The notes: generated from the sequence alone by a model not told the origin. 64,000 nucleotides of DNA from Octopus bimaculoides (GCF_001194135.2 NC_068998.1:11815880-11879879), one strand, 5' to 3'; positions 49,989 through 62,979 are shown, counted from the first letter of the stretch. Program-made: numbers and translations.

Positions 49989-51809
49989 TATATATATATA
50001 CATACATACACACACTAGCTGACACAAAATGTAGATATTCATTTAATTATAAGCTCTCACACAATCAAGAACTCAGTTTGTTTACATTTCATCTTATTTA
50101 ATTACATTCATTTACTTCCAAAGTTTTCTAGCTGTTTTTTAAAGAACTGTTATCACTCCTAAGAAAACCATCATTGGAATAGAGATGTTTTTTCCCTTTT
50201 CGGGGGGGGGGGTTGCCTATAAGATCATTCACACACACAAACACTCACACATGTGTGCATGCACACACACACAGGCACAATGTATTGCTATGTTCTATAT
50301 TCTCCCTTTCCTTATTTCTTTCACACAGACTTTTGTCATGACTCAAATTAATTCTTAATTAGTTATGGAGCATACTCAGTGAAAAAATACTGTGTCTAGC
50401 TGAATTAAAATATGCTCTATGAAGTACATGTGTGTATTTTACACACACATTCACACAGGCACGTGTGTAAATACAGACACACACATACATGTATACACAT
50501 GCAAGTATCATTTTAATAATTAAACTATAAAGTAATTTCCTCAATAAATAATAGCTAATTAACTTCTAAACATGACCAAGCTAATAAACAAATAAAGACG
50601 ATTCAATTATCTGGTTAATGTATTAAGTTTAGAAAGCTCAAATCAAAATATTTATTGATGAAACTCAGGGTATTTGAAATCTTTAGCATGCAGACAGGAA
50701 GTTTATATGGGGAAGTAGAAGAGAGAAGCCAGAGAAAAGGGTAGAGGGATCTAAGACATGCCCCACTCCCAAACATGTTCCTATTAGCATGGCAGGCCCG
50801 AATGGTCAGAATATAATTGATAAAACACATTGACTAGAAAGAGAATAATCTATTTATTGCTAGGGTTTGTAGGGATAATTTTTTTTTTCATTCTAAACAA
50901 ATATAAATTTCTAAAATTATAAAAAAATAACAGTATTTTTCAATAAAATGGATCCAGGAGATTTTATCTAGTGAGTTGAGACATATCTAATGAACTAATA
51001 AAAAGATTAGATTAGTTAATAATATGGCTTCAACAAATCAGCAGGAAATAGATATAAAAAGTTAACTCTAAGAAAAGTGAGAATTCTATAAAATATATAA
51101 ACCTATGCCAAAATATTTACTCTTTTAGACTACCAGCAGAATATAAGATCCATCCATATTATAAATATATATTTGTATATGTATTTATTATATACAGTAA
51201 TTAGAAGCCTCATTAAAGTCTTAATCATAGTCTGGTAAAAAAAAAAAAGAAAGGTAAAATAAAATCATGAAATAATAAAGTCAATATAAATAAAACAAAC
51301 TTTTTTCTCCTAAGATTTTTAATTTCTTGAGAAGGAATAGGTTCAAAGATTTGGGCATCTTTCAAATATTAAAACTGTTGAACAGAATTATAAAGAATTA
51401 TACTTTATCAAAAAGCAGAGGAAGCTAATTAAGGGACAAATTTTACTAAAGTACATTGTGATTATGCCCATGTGTTATAATCCTGTTAAAACATCAGAAT
51501 TGGAAATAAAGTGGTATAAGATTTTAAAACTTTAGCAGAAGCTGTTGAACCACATAAAATAATTAAGTGCTAGATAGTATTTAACTATTTCTATTTAATT
51601 GTTAGTTTTAAAAACTAGAAGGAAAACAAATAATATGCCCTTTATTTTTTTTATTGTTGAGACAAATTTCCTTGGTTCTATTCTGAGAAAGAGAGCAGAA
51701 CAAAAAAAAATGATAGTAGTCAGTCATGCTATAGTTGTGAGACCCAGTAAACAATAAACAAACAAACATATAGAAAACATTTAGACAGTAAGCATGAAAT
51801 GAAGCACAC

Positions 51810-51839
51810 CTGTAACTTGGGTCTGGAGTAGTAGTACAT
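51810..51839 (-). CDS. TCF12: Candidate alternative first coding exon Alt-B (MYYYSRPKLQ)
   Basis: ATG with an in-frame TAA upstream; donor CAG|gtgtgc, phase 0; MYYY matches the Alt-domain core; CT-rich tract (minus strand) just upstream. Confidence 0.65.
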
Positions 51840-51937
51840 TGGCACCAAATGTGCAATGTCAGACAGCTGCAACCCACTCTGTCCTTAAATCAAGCACTGC
51901 TGCTACAGTTAAATTGCCAGCAAAGGAGATATAGGTA

Positions 51938-52098
51938 AGAGAGAGTGAGAGAGAAAGAGAAAGAGAGAGTGAGGGGGAAGAGGGAGGAGAGAGAGAGAAA
52001 GAGGGAGAGTGTTGGAGCATAAGAATGAGTTAGTGGTGGTAAGAGGGAGAGTGAGAAAATGAGTGAGAGTCAGTGGGAGGGGGAAGGAGAGAAGAGAT
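51938..52098 (-). promoter_or_regulatory. Imperfect GA/CT-rich tract upstream of Alt-B (promoter/5'UTR-like)
   Basis: About 160 bp near-pure purine tract on the plus strand, about 100 bp upstream of the Alt-B ATG. Function inferred. Confidence 0.35.
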
Positions 52099-54109
52099 AA
52101 CATCTAGTAAAAGTTAATAGTCATCACACACAGTTTTAAAGACAACGATATATTCCCATGAATATGAGAATTCCAAAATCTAAGTATCATCAGCAGATTC
52201 TGAAGGTTTGGTCCAATTTCAACCACAGTAGGTAACAACCAACTTGACACAGATGTTTAGCAACACACCAGAAGCAAACTTCAGTCAAGACACTCACAGT
52301 AGAACAAAAATAATACCCATAAAAAGTCTTTCCTAATTATGTAAATAAATCTCAGGAAACATTTAAAGTTGAAATTATAAACCTTATTATAAAGTAGTGA
52401 AATAAAACAGTATAGGAATATAAGAAAATAAGTTATCCTATTCATAAGGGTGTGAATTCAAACAACCACATACACAAATGAATACAACAAAGTTGAAATA
52501 TTTTAAGATAGTCCTTTAGAGTGAGTAAAAATGGATTAGAGAACTTATGAACATATGTGGCAGAAAGCAACTGAAGCTGAACACCCCTAAATGAAATTGG
52601 GATTTCCCTGAGTGAAATATGAGCTAGGTGTAAAGTTAAGTGCTAACAGAGAGTTTGGTCTATGATTGAGACCATATGGAAAAGCTGAAGTGAGAAATCT
52701 ATTCAGAGATACATATTCTAAAAGAGAATAGCAGCAATCAAGAGAGAAGGGAACAGATATTAATAAAGAAGAAAAAAAAGCATAGAAGAAAATCAAATGC
52801 TTTTAATTTTTAATATTAATTTAAAGAAAGAAATTAAATTTCATAAAATTAACAACAAAATCTGAAGTAAATTTTTTTTGTTTTTAAATGAAAACTTTTA
52901 TTTAGTAGTAAATATATTTTAAAAAGTGGAATATATTTGCAGCTAAGTTATTTATCTTCTATCAAAAGTATTAATATTTCATGTTATTATTTTATCTGGG
53001 AAAAAAGAAAAGTTCCAGCAGTGTAGACAGATCTCCTGCTGTGTGAATGAAGTCTTATAGTATTTATAAAACCAAGTTTCATACTATGCTACTGTTCCAG
53101 CTAGTTAAGTCTGATACAGTTTAGGACCTGGAGATCACCCCTCCTCCATTGCTATGTTATGCCACATTAAAAGCAATAAGATAATAGGCATTGTTTACTA
53201 CTAAAAGCTATTTTCAAAATTTAATTACCCATGGCACAGTTTCAGACTATAGCAAAAGATATTAGTGTTTTGAATTCTTCTATAGTAACCTAACAACCAC
53301 ACTAATAAACATCCAAATAATTTAATGTTTTGGTTGCAAAGTTTTCAAATTCATTATAGTGTGATATCCTACAAAATTAAGAACATATTTAATGTTTACC
53401 ATTCTGTTGGACATAACTAAAGACAGCAATTTATTTTATTATTTAGTCTATGGTTACATCCTATAGAAACAAATTTACAGATTAGTAAAGGCTAATTAGA
53501 AATAATAATCTAATATTTTGTGATAGCAATTAGGCTATATTTAAAAAGAAAATCCTTTCCTAGTAATACTTCAAATCAAAATGTTAAAAATTCCCCTCAC
53601 TCTTTTAAAACTTCACCCAAGCAATTCACGTGTAGGGACACATGACCAGTCTAAGTCTTGTAATTAATGGATAATCCTGAACTAGTTTACTAAGTTATAG
53701 TTTATTCACTTGAAATGCATCATGCTTTGGGTCTCCTTGTGCCTTACAAAGACCAATTTTCAATCATATCCTCAACAGAGTAACTTTTATTTTATTGTTT
53801 TTATACGAATATATATAAATACATACATTTCTCACCAGTTGTTTTGTAATAAGAGAGAAAATATATATAAAGTTGCTTTTTCACAGTAAAATACTTCATT
53901 CTATACCAGTACTACAACATTTAAAGCCCAAGTTTAATATATAACTTTGATATGATCTGTAAAGCTTTATTCTTTCATGTTTAAAGTTTTTTCATCTAAA
54001 AACTATTTTCCTTTAATCATAAAAATTACTAATGAGTTCTTAACAATTCTAACTTACAAACAGCAATTGAAAAATCTTAAAAATAAATATACATAAAAAC
54101 ATCAACATA

Positions 54110-54430
54110 GAAGTTGCTGGAATGCAACTGTCCATGTTCAAAGGACTTGCCATTTATATATAACATGTTTAACAGATATTATCTGGAAAATAAAAATCTG
54201 AAATGGCTTTTCACTGGACATGCGTTTAGAAGAAAGGACAATAGATGGAATACCAAATTATATAACAGAGAGAAGACCATGTCCAGGAAAAAAGAAGGAG
54301 GGAAAGACCATGCAAAGTTGGAATGAAAACTTTGTTAAATTCTTTGGCACTCAAACATGGATGAGGTAAACATCAGACCGTGGTTGATGGAGAGAACATA
54401 CTGAGGTGGACTGAACAAGTGCAAGGATGA
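54110..54430 (+). mobile_element. RTE-clade LINE ORF2 C-terminal fragment
   Basis: KWLFTGHAFRRKDNRWNTKL matches the W..AGH..R..D.RWT motif. Confidence 0.6.
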
Positions 54431-57400
54431 TATATATATATATATATATATATATATCCATTTTCACACCAATTACTTTTTAATGTGAGAAAAAAATATA
54501 AGAAAGGAATTAGCTACTTGACATGATTTAAAATTCAGTACTGTAAGGTTTGACAGGATTTGAAAGATAACTTCAGTTTAACAATAACTTTTGGTTCATA
54601 AGTTTTCTTCCTTTGTGGCATTTGAAAATCTCTTTTCCTTCAAGGTTAAAACCATTTTAAACATCTAACAACTTTTAACTTACTNNNNNNNNNNCACACA
54701 AAATAAAATAAGAATTTAGGGGGAAAAATAACCCTTCAATAAGAAATACTGCAGAGATTTGTCGAAAAATAAAACTGCTATCCTTATAGATATTAGAGTC
54801 TTCTTGCAACACATCAGAAATGTGGCTCTCAAAATCATGGGCAGAGATGTCAGAGCTAAGAGTGAATGTGGCCACCTGGATATTTAAAACTGGGGCCTAG
54901 GTGGGCTGAAAAAAGGATGTGGGGATATGTTGGTATATTGTGAAGATGGAGCATGATTGGATTGAAGAGGACATGAAGTAGTTGATAAAATCTAGGACAC
55001 GTAAACTGCTGGAAATCCGAAGCTAAAAACAGTACCATAAATTTGCCATAAAATGCATGTTTGTTTGGAAAATCAAATCATTGAAAATGAAAAGTATATA
55101 TTCACCCCTTCAGTTTATAGTAATCTTGTAGTAAAACAACCCAGTTGGTCAACAGGGAGCTAAGACACCTACCAGAATAAACTGAATTATATAATGTTAA
55201 ACAATAAAGTAACATTTTCATGAATCTGTCACTCCAAATCTTTACTCTCCTCTTTGCTATAGACATTACTTAAATATGCATTCATACAAGCACACTGGAG
55301 AGCTGAGATGTGCCTAAGATTGGAGTATTTGTATTATTTCATAATTGGTAGTAATGAACTATCTTACTTTAAATATTCATTGCTATCATACATTTTAAAA
55401 GTCACATATCTAATCATTATTTCAACACCTAATGTTCGTATTTTATTAGCACCATCAATATCATTTGATGCAATGTAACTCAAAATGAATAATATAGATA
55501 TAAACTTTTAAAAAATATCTTAAAACAATGTATACATCAATTCAAGTTAGTATATACCTTGTTGATAGCAAATACGCAAAATATTGAAAAAACAACACGC
55601 TGTGTAACGCAAGGGAGATAACTAATGATCTACGAAGGCACAGATTATCTTTTCTTGAAACATGCTGTTAAAAACTCGGCATTTAGCATTAGTTACAGTT
55701 GATAGTAATTTGAATAAGGAGAAGGGATAGTTTATTTTTTTAGTTTAAACACCATATTTCGATCGATATTTTTGAAATTGGAGAAAAGCGTAAAAATAAG
55801 GTTGATTTACAATTGTGTTAGAAGGAATCAATCGCCGTTCTATAAACAATAACATGTCAATTCATTTTCACAAGATGTTCCTTCTTGTTCGTGTGTGGCA
55901 CACGATGCGACACTCAACGCATTTTGCCTTAGTTTACTGCCATCTGACAAGATGGCATCAAAACGGTTTCTAATTTAGACATAAAGCAAGCAATTCTGAG
56001 AGGAACTTTCTTAGACACAAAGTTAGCAATTCTGAGGGGTTAGTCGACACCATCGACCCCAATACTAGACTGGTATGTTATTTTATCGACCCTGGAGGGT
56101 TGAAAGGTTAAGTTGATCACAGCAAGATTTAATGAGAACAAATACTGTAACTTTTTAAAACTTTCTTTGGATTTATATTTTAAAATACAATTGTAATTAC
56201 AATGTAGATAAGAGACATATAAATAGGTCTTTCTAAAAATTCGTATTTAACTGTAAAGGCAAGCTTTCAATAAATTTAAATCAACAAAAATATAATCCAA
56301 TATAATGATTTGTACTTCTTTCTGAAGGACTTAAGCATCCCACCCACACCACCGACCCTGGGTATAGCAACAATGCTACTGCTGCAGCTATCAATTTTTA
56401 CCCAGCCATTATACTTCAGAGTATTTTAATAATATTTTAGGAGTTTAATCCAAACCCTACAAAATGACATTAATAAAAATTGATGTATTTTAAACATAGC
56501 AAATCAAAGTTCACTTTCAATCAGACATATATATTCCTTGGGTGACCAACGGATGACCAAGATTTAACAGGATTGTTTCTGCTGCTATGTTCAACATCTC
56601 TTATACCTGTGCATACTTAAAAAAAAAAATACAAAGCCAACTTGAAGAGGAAATTGATTGAATCAGCATAATGTACACAGCAATAAAAAGCATTGGATCA
56701 ATTGTTATAAATGATCAAGAAATATAAACAATGCAATGAAAACTATGATTGGAAATGGGACCCCCTTAGCACTCCATGTGATTAGTGTGAAAGAATATCA
56801 GTTTTAATCTAATACTGTCATTTCAGTATTAGGGATTAGATGTCTATAAGCATTATAAACCAGAGGAGTTGATTTAATGTAGAGTCCAACAAAGTAAAGC
56901 ATTTGACAAGTGCTGTATTGTATAGTGAGGTGTGGTGAAAAAGGCAGGAATTAAATATGGATGAATGACTTATCAAAGGAAGTTATAAATTCAGGTGTGG
57001 GAAATATATATAAAAATTAAAAAAAATAAGAAAAAAAGGCAATCTGAGGTTATTATTTTCATACAGAGGAATTCAAAATCTATGTGGGTCCAATTCTGGG
57101 CATGTTAATTGTAATCCAACTACTTAAAAGTGTCACAACAGAATTCAAGGCTCGAGTGTTATTGAGGGTGTCTGTAAAACATTAAGATGACCTAATTTGT
57201 GAATAGAATCAGTGGAATTTAGAAACAGAGTGTGGAATTAAAAGGATTAAAGGCTCAGTGGTATGTAGATATGGTTAAAGAAAGCTCAGCTAGACACTAG
57301 TAAAAGCAACCATTAAATAAGGAAAAGTGATACACTTAAAAATTGATACTACTATCACCTCTATAGCCCACAACTTATTCTAAAATAAATATTACGGCTT

Positions 57401-60062
57401 TTAACAGTAATAGAATTTAATATCTAACTTTGGCATGATGCCAACTTTGGGAGGAGTACAGCGAACTGAATCAATTGCACTAGTACGTATTTTATCAATT
57501 ACAGAACGATGAAAGTTGTAGTTGATCCCAATGGGATTTGAACTCATAATGTTGAACCTAACTACGAACACTGTTAGGCATTTTGTCCAATATCTTAATG
57601 TTTCTGCCAATACACCACTGCAATGACAATGATGACAATGATTCTTTAAATGGTACTTATGGTCTACATAACAATGAAAGGTAAAGCTGATTAAGAGGAT
57701 CTAAAGAAATGAAACTGTATAACCATAAAGCATTTAATCAAACTTTCTACTATTTATGTTCTTCATTGCATTTGTAATAAAAAATGGTGATGACAACAAC
57801 AGGTTCGCCATCAGATCTTTGACACGAAAAATGGGGAGGGGGAGGATGAAAAGAATGATATCCATGATTTTCTCCACAATTTTTAACAATATAAAGATTT
57901 ATCAAGGGATTACCACCTTATAGTGAGCAAACAGGTTGAAAGGACTTAATGAATAGGTCTCATAATCACAATACAAGATAGATATTTCAGCATTGGACAC
58001 TGTGAAAATATCTGAAATGAATGAAATAGCAATCATCTAGGTTGTGGGTGCGCACATCAATATGAAATTAACTGCAAATAATAAGTTATTATAATCTGAA
58101 AACTAACTGATATATGCTATGGTCAACAGAGAGAAATAGCCAACAATCAAAAGTGTTACTCTCAAAAAAAAAAAATTAAAAATACACACATGCTAGTGTT
58201 CCTGCTACAGTGAAAAAACTTACTCCACAGAAGAGAATTTACCCAATTAATCAAATTTCATAACTCCAAAATTCTGTCCTATCAGAAAATACATGTATCT
58301 TAAAAAATTATACATTCTGCATGCTTTTAATAAAGATAATATGTTTATGCTGCTCTATGCAGAGCATGTGTGTACACTGGGGAAAAACTCAGTGCAAAAG
58401 GATGAGTTATTGTTGTGATGGCTGCAGTTAGTATATGACTTAAGGGAAAAAGAAAATAAGTTAAACCACAGTGATGGATCTTGGCAAAAATAATTCTTCA
58501 CATTATATTAATCCTTTTCTGCTTAAACTCCACTGAAAATCTATCAGATATAACCTGAAGTTATCTCTTTCAATATGATTAGCATTAGAAAATAGATGGG
58601 AGAGTCACAAATGGCTGAATGGATAAGACATAAGAAAACCCAGAACATGGCTGGTTGTTTGTAATGTTATACACAGGTGCAATGTGACAAAAGCTGAATC
58701 CCAGGTTTACCTGGCTGTCAATCCCAACAAAACAGCAAAAAATTTTACTGTTGTGAGTAGCAGCAGGAACAGCAAGCAAAACTTGATGAAATGCTCCATT
58801 GGTATAGCATGAAATGTAGTAAAGCTACTTGATATGGATGAACATTCATTGATAGTAGCTATCTCTGATCTGAATAAGTCAAGTAAGACTGACAACAGAA
58901 TCATTGCAGGAAGTAGCACATTTGAACATTCTACACTGTTTAACACTTTAGCATTCGGATTACACTATCAAATGTAATGTTCATTTATTAATCATAACAG
59001 TATCTCGTAGCTTTGGGATTTCAATGATGTGGTTTTTTAAAATTTTTTAGTAGGACTTTATATAGGGTAGTTGGAACATAGAACGGAAAGAATATTTGGG
59101 TCGGTTTAAATGTTAAAGGATTATATACATAAGAGCATAACAGTATACACGCATGCACAAAACAGAGACAACAGCAACATACCAGTGCTGCTGCATTACA
59201 GAAAATATTGAAAATTACTATTATTATTATTTTAATCAGCTCAAATCCTTATGCCAGTGAAGAAGCAGTATATTTCATTTAGTAAAACCCAGTACATTAC
59301 AGGTACTTAATTCACCGAAGCTAGAGAGATAATTTTGTTGAGAATAAAATTGTGTCGAGGTATTTCCAGTCATGAAATACTACTCACTAAAAAGACAGAG
59401 CTGTTAATCCAATTTAAAATGAAGACTTGAAGCAGAGATAGGAAGGAAAAGTATTTTCAGTTATAGAATACCAGGCTCGTTCATGCTGACTGAGGGGCTG
59501 GTGAATAAACTCATGTAATTCATGATGGAAGATGATGATACCATAAAGGAAACTCCATACAAACTAGTTAATGCAATAATGCTAAACTAATACATCCTTT
59601 ACGATAAACTACAATATAGAGGGGGAGGAGAAATTATTATATGAGTAATACGAGTTTTGCACAACATAATGGTAATTAATAAACTATAATTAAAAGTACA
59701 TTTTTAGATTATCCATTATAACTACCATTTTTCAGGTAATACTAATTTTAATAATGCGAAAAATACAAATTGGGTTGAAAAACAGGAACACACACACACA
59801 CACACAGAAGTTGTCTATAAACAAATCAAGTAACATGATCAAAAGTCTGAATATAGCCAAATAATACTGATTAGGAGAAAGAATTAATTGTCTGACCTGT
59901 GTAATACAAAAAGAGAGTTTAAAATAATAAATACACAGTAGAACTGTAACTTCTTTTAAACATTTGGTTAAGTACAACGAACAAATATTAAAGGCACATA
60001 TTAAAGACCTATACCTTTTTCACATTGATTTATGAGGAGAGGAGAAGAAGAAATAAACTTAC

Positions 60063-60104
60063 CTCATGGTAAAATTGTAATGGCTTTAGCTCAATATAAT
60101 CCAT
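60063..60104 (-). CDS. TCF12: Candidate alternative first coding exon Alt-C (MDYIELKPLQFYHE)
   Basis: ATGG start with an in-frame TGA upstream; consensus donor GAG|gtaagt, phase 0; possible acceptor tttctgttag at 60131; no recognised homology. Confidence 0.45.
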
Positions 60105-60826
60105 TGAAAAGAATTGTTTACAACAAACTTCTAACAGAAAATCATAAGTTCAAGCTTATTTTAGAGAATATATCAACCAAAGAGCATTGCAGCCAAAAAG
60201 AAATGTATTGTTACTTTACACTATCATTGCATATGCTTTAGCTCCAATACACAGCAAGTGAGTATTACATAGTTGAAGTTAAATCTTAATCAAAGCAAAC
60301 AGAATATATATTACAAAGAATGAAATGCTTTCACATCCTTACAGTTGCTCCTTCCAACAGAAAGTAAATACTGTAGAAAAGAAGATCCCAAATAACAGCT
60401 ATTTCACTGTCACTTCCTATCATTGAATGGAAATGAGGTGTTCTTTACAAACATTCTATTTCTGAAGCCAGGAAGTCTTTAAGACTATCCATTATAATAT
60501 AAAGGTCATTTAAACTATTGATTGAACTATTTCTAATAGCAACATCTACTTCAAGTGAGTTCATGACACAATTAGAGAGAGAGACTACCTGAAACTACTG
60601 AAGAATAGGAGGGAAAGAAAATATTAAAACAAAAAAAAAGTAAAAATAAGCAAACAAAAGTCAACTATTTAAAAAAATATATATACTATTTCATTATGAA
60701 TTAGAAAATATCTAATTGAAATAATGCATGGAATAATTGTTAAATAACACACATACACACACAAATACATGCATGAAAAAAAAAAAAAATCTTTTATCAG
60801 TTAGAAAATAATGTTCAATAAAATTG

Positions 60827-60905
60827 TAGCCAGCTGTTGCATTTTGTTAAATTTTATAAAGAGCAGTAAATGGGAACGGCACAGCTGAGGCTTGCTTCAT
60901 TGGCT
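60827..60905 (-). promoter_or_regulatory. Candidate Pol II core promoter (CCAAT + TATA + E-boxes)
   Basis: Minus strand: AGCCAATGA with CCAAT at 60903-60899, CAGCTG 60887-60882, TATAAAA 60858-60852, CAGCTG 60836-60831, CT-A initiator-like site at 60827. Spacing is about -75/-31/+1. Confidence 0.45.
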
Positions 60906-62090
60906 CAAGTTGAGTGAGCAGATAAACAGCCTTATGTCGTCAAAAATATCGGGTCTTACAGTGAAGCTACAAGTTTTAAATGGCACAGTTGAGAACAATG
61001 GAAAGGGACAAACATACAAATGTTGAACGAGAAGGAAAAGGAATACACTAAGATACATACTAAATATAGTGAGTGTGTGTGTGTGCATACGTGTAAATAT
61101 ATATATATACAGGTAATAATAATAGGGAATTTATAACTAAGAACCTGACATAAAAATATTTTTTTTAAAGTTACAAAAACTACTGTAACTTTTTTTTACA
61201 TCTCTGCTCTAAATTTAAGTTTTCTGTGGGTGGGGGTCCCAATGAAATTTGGGTTAACTTTACTACTAATTGTCAATAACATTCTTGGTACAAAGTCCCT
61301 CGAGATGCTTTAATGCATGCAAACTATACTGACTCAATGTCCTGTGTAGAAATTTTGGTGAGATCAATTTTGCTTTTAAACTTGCTGTTAAACAACCAAT
61401 AAAACAAGTCTCAATAATCTATTGAGATTAATTCGATTGACTATATTTCCCTAATGGACAAAATGTGACAGGTCAAAATGAAAATTAGGATTTAAAAAAT
61501 TAATAAAAAATAAAAAAACTCCAACAAATAACAGTCTCTCTCTGAACAAGAGAAGAGAAATTGATCAGACCTCTATATACAATGAAATAATAATTTTGCA
61601 AGCTAAGTTTTGTACAGGACATTTATAAATATTGGCTTATTAAAAACAGGTTTTCAAGCTTAATGATCAGGGTATGTGATTAGATGCTAATTTAAAGGAA
61701 AGAAATAACAAAAAACAAAAATACAACTAGGAGCATATGCAGGGAAGATTGCAATGTTTAGTGATTAAAAAAAAAAATTATGATTCTATTCAAATCATTG
61801 AATCTGTGACAAGTTAATTTATTCATTGAATATTTCTGTCATACAGGTACATGTGTATGTACCTCGTTACTGTCACTTGGCCCTATAATAAAACTGATCA
61901 AGAAGATATAATCAGAAATGTTCCAGCCTGGAAAAATACATTTTATTGTAGATCCAGGACCACAATGTCCAGTGTCCCCTTTCAGTTTTAAGATGGAACG
62001 GTTTGATTCGTGGAAAATCTGGTTGCTATTTATAATACGATCAAGCAATCACATAAGTGTTTTTTTCATTGGTTTGTAAGGTGTTAGATA

Positions 62091-62124
<34 letters not shown>

Positions 62125-62979
62125 CTGCATATGCACACATGCCATGATCCATCATCTAAAATCTGTCATCCATGCTGTCATGGGTTGAACAGCTTGAGAT
62201 CTGAAGAGTCAGAGGAATGCATCATACTCCACTGTCTACTCTGGCATGGTTTCTATGAATGGATGCCCTTCCTAATGCCACCGTTTTACAGAGTGTACTG
62301 GGTGCCTTTTTTCGTGGCATCAGCACCATCTCGCAAAGTTAAATGCCTAAAGTAGCCCCTATAATCGAGAGAGAATGCAGAGATCCTGGAGTAACAGTAG
62401 TAGAATAGGCATTAATAATAGCAGGGAAGGAGGGAAGGGACAAAATGGAAAGGCAATAGTGTAGGTTGTGTGGGAGGGGTCTTTATATATGCACAGAGAG
62501 AGAAAGATAGACAGACAAACGAAGAGGAGATTTTGTTTATAACTGTTTTAGAATGCTAGCATTGGTTAGATGAATATTATATTTGTTTCATATTTACAGG
62601 TTTTTCTATGCTAGCATGGGAAAGACAAATATTAAACGAACACAAACACACATTGTATGTGTGTGTGTGTGTGTGTGTGTTGATTCAGCAGTGTCTACAT
62701 TAAGTTTGCCCCCAAAATGCCAATGATTTGATGTTCTCCAGTAAAGAACACTCATCTGCTTCATCAGCTGTGATATGTGAAGGCCAAAAGAATTTAAATT
62801 ACTTTAATTACGAAAACCAGTGCGATTTGGTGACCAAAAGAGTCTCTGGCTAGAGAAAGCATGTAACAATAAAACTCAAGCCTAACCCATGCTAATAGGA
62901 GAAATGAATGTAAAACCATGCATATATACGAGCGTTTAAACACGTTTGTGTATATATATATATATATATATATTTGTGA

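Noticed and set aside
52599-52608. NF-kB consensus GGGATTTCCC
   Set aside because: About one kB-type site is expected by chance in 64 kb.
53835-53899. ATG-initiated frame ending at CTG|gtgaga
   Set aside because: Phase 1 and low complexity; the phase-0 frame has no Met.
55173-55221. MKMLLYCLTLYNSVYS with donor G|gtaggt
   Set aside because: Phase 1 does not fit the 42767 acceptor; no promoter evidence.
58711-58799. Signal-peptide-like MEHFIKFCLLFLLLL... ending at donor AG|gtaaac
   Set aside because: Phase 2, so out of frame with the E-protein; hydrophobicity comes from T-rich and CTG-repeat sequence.
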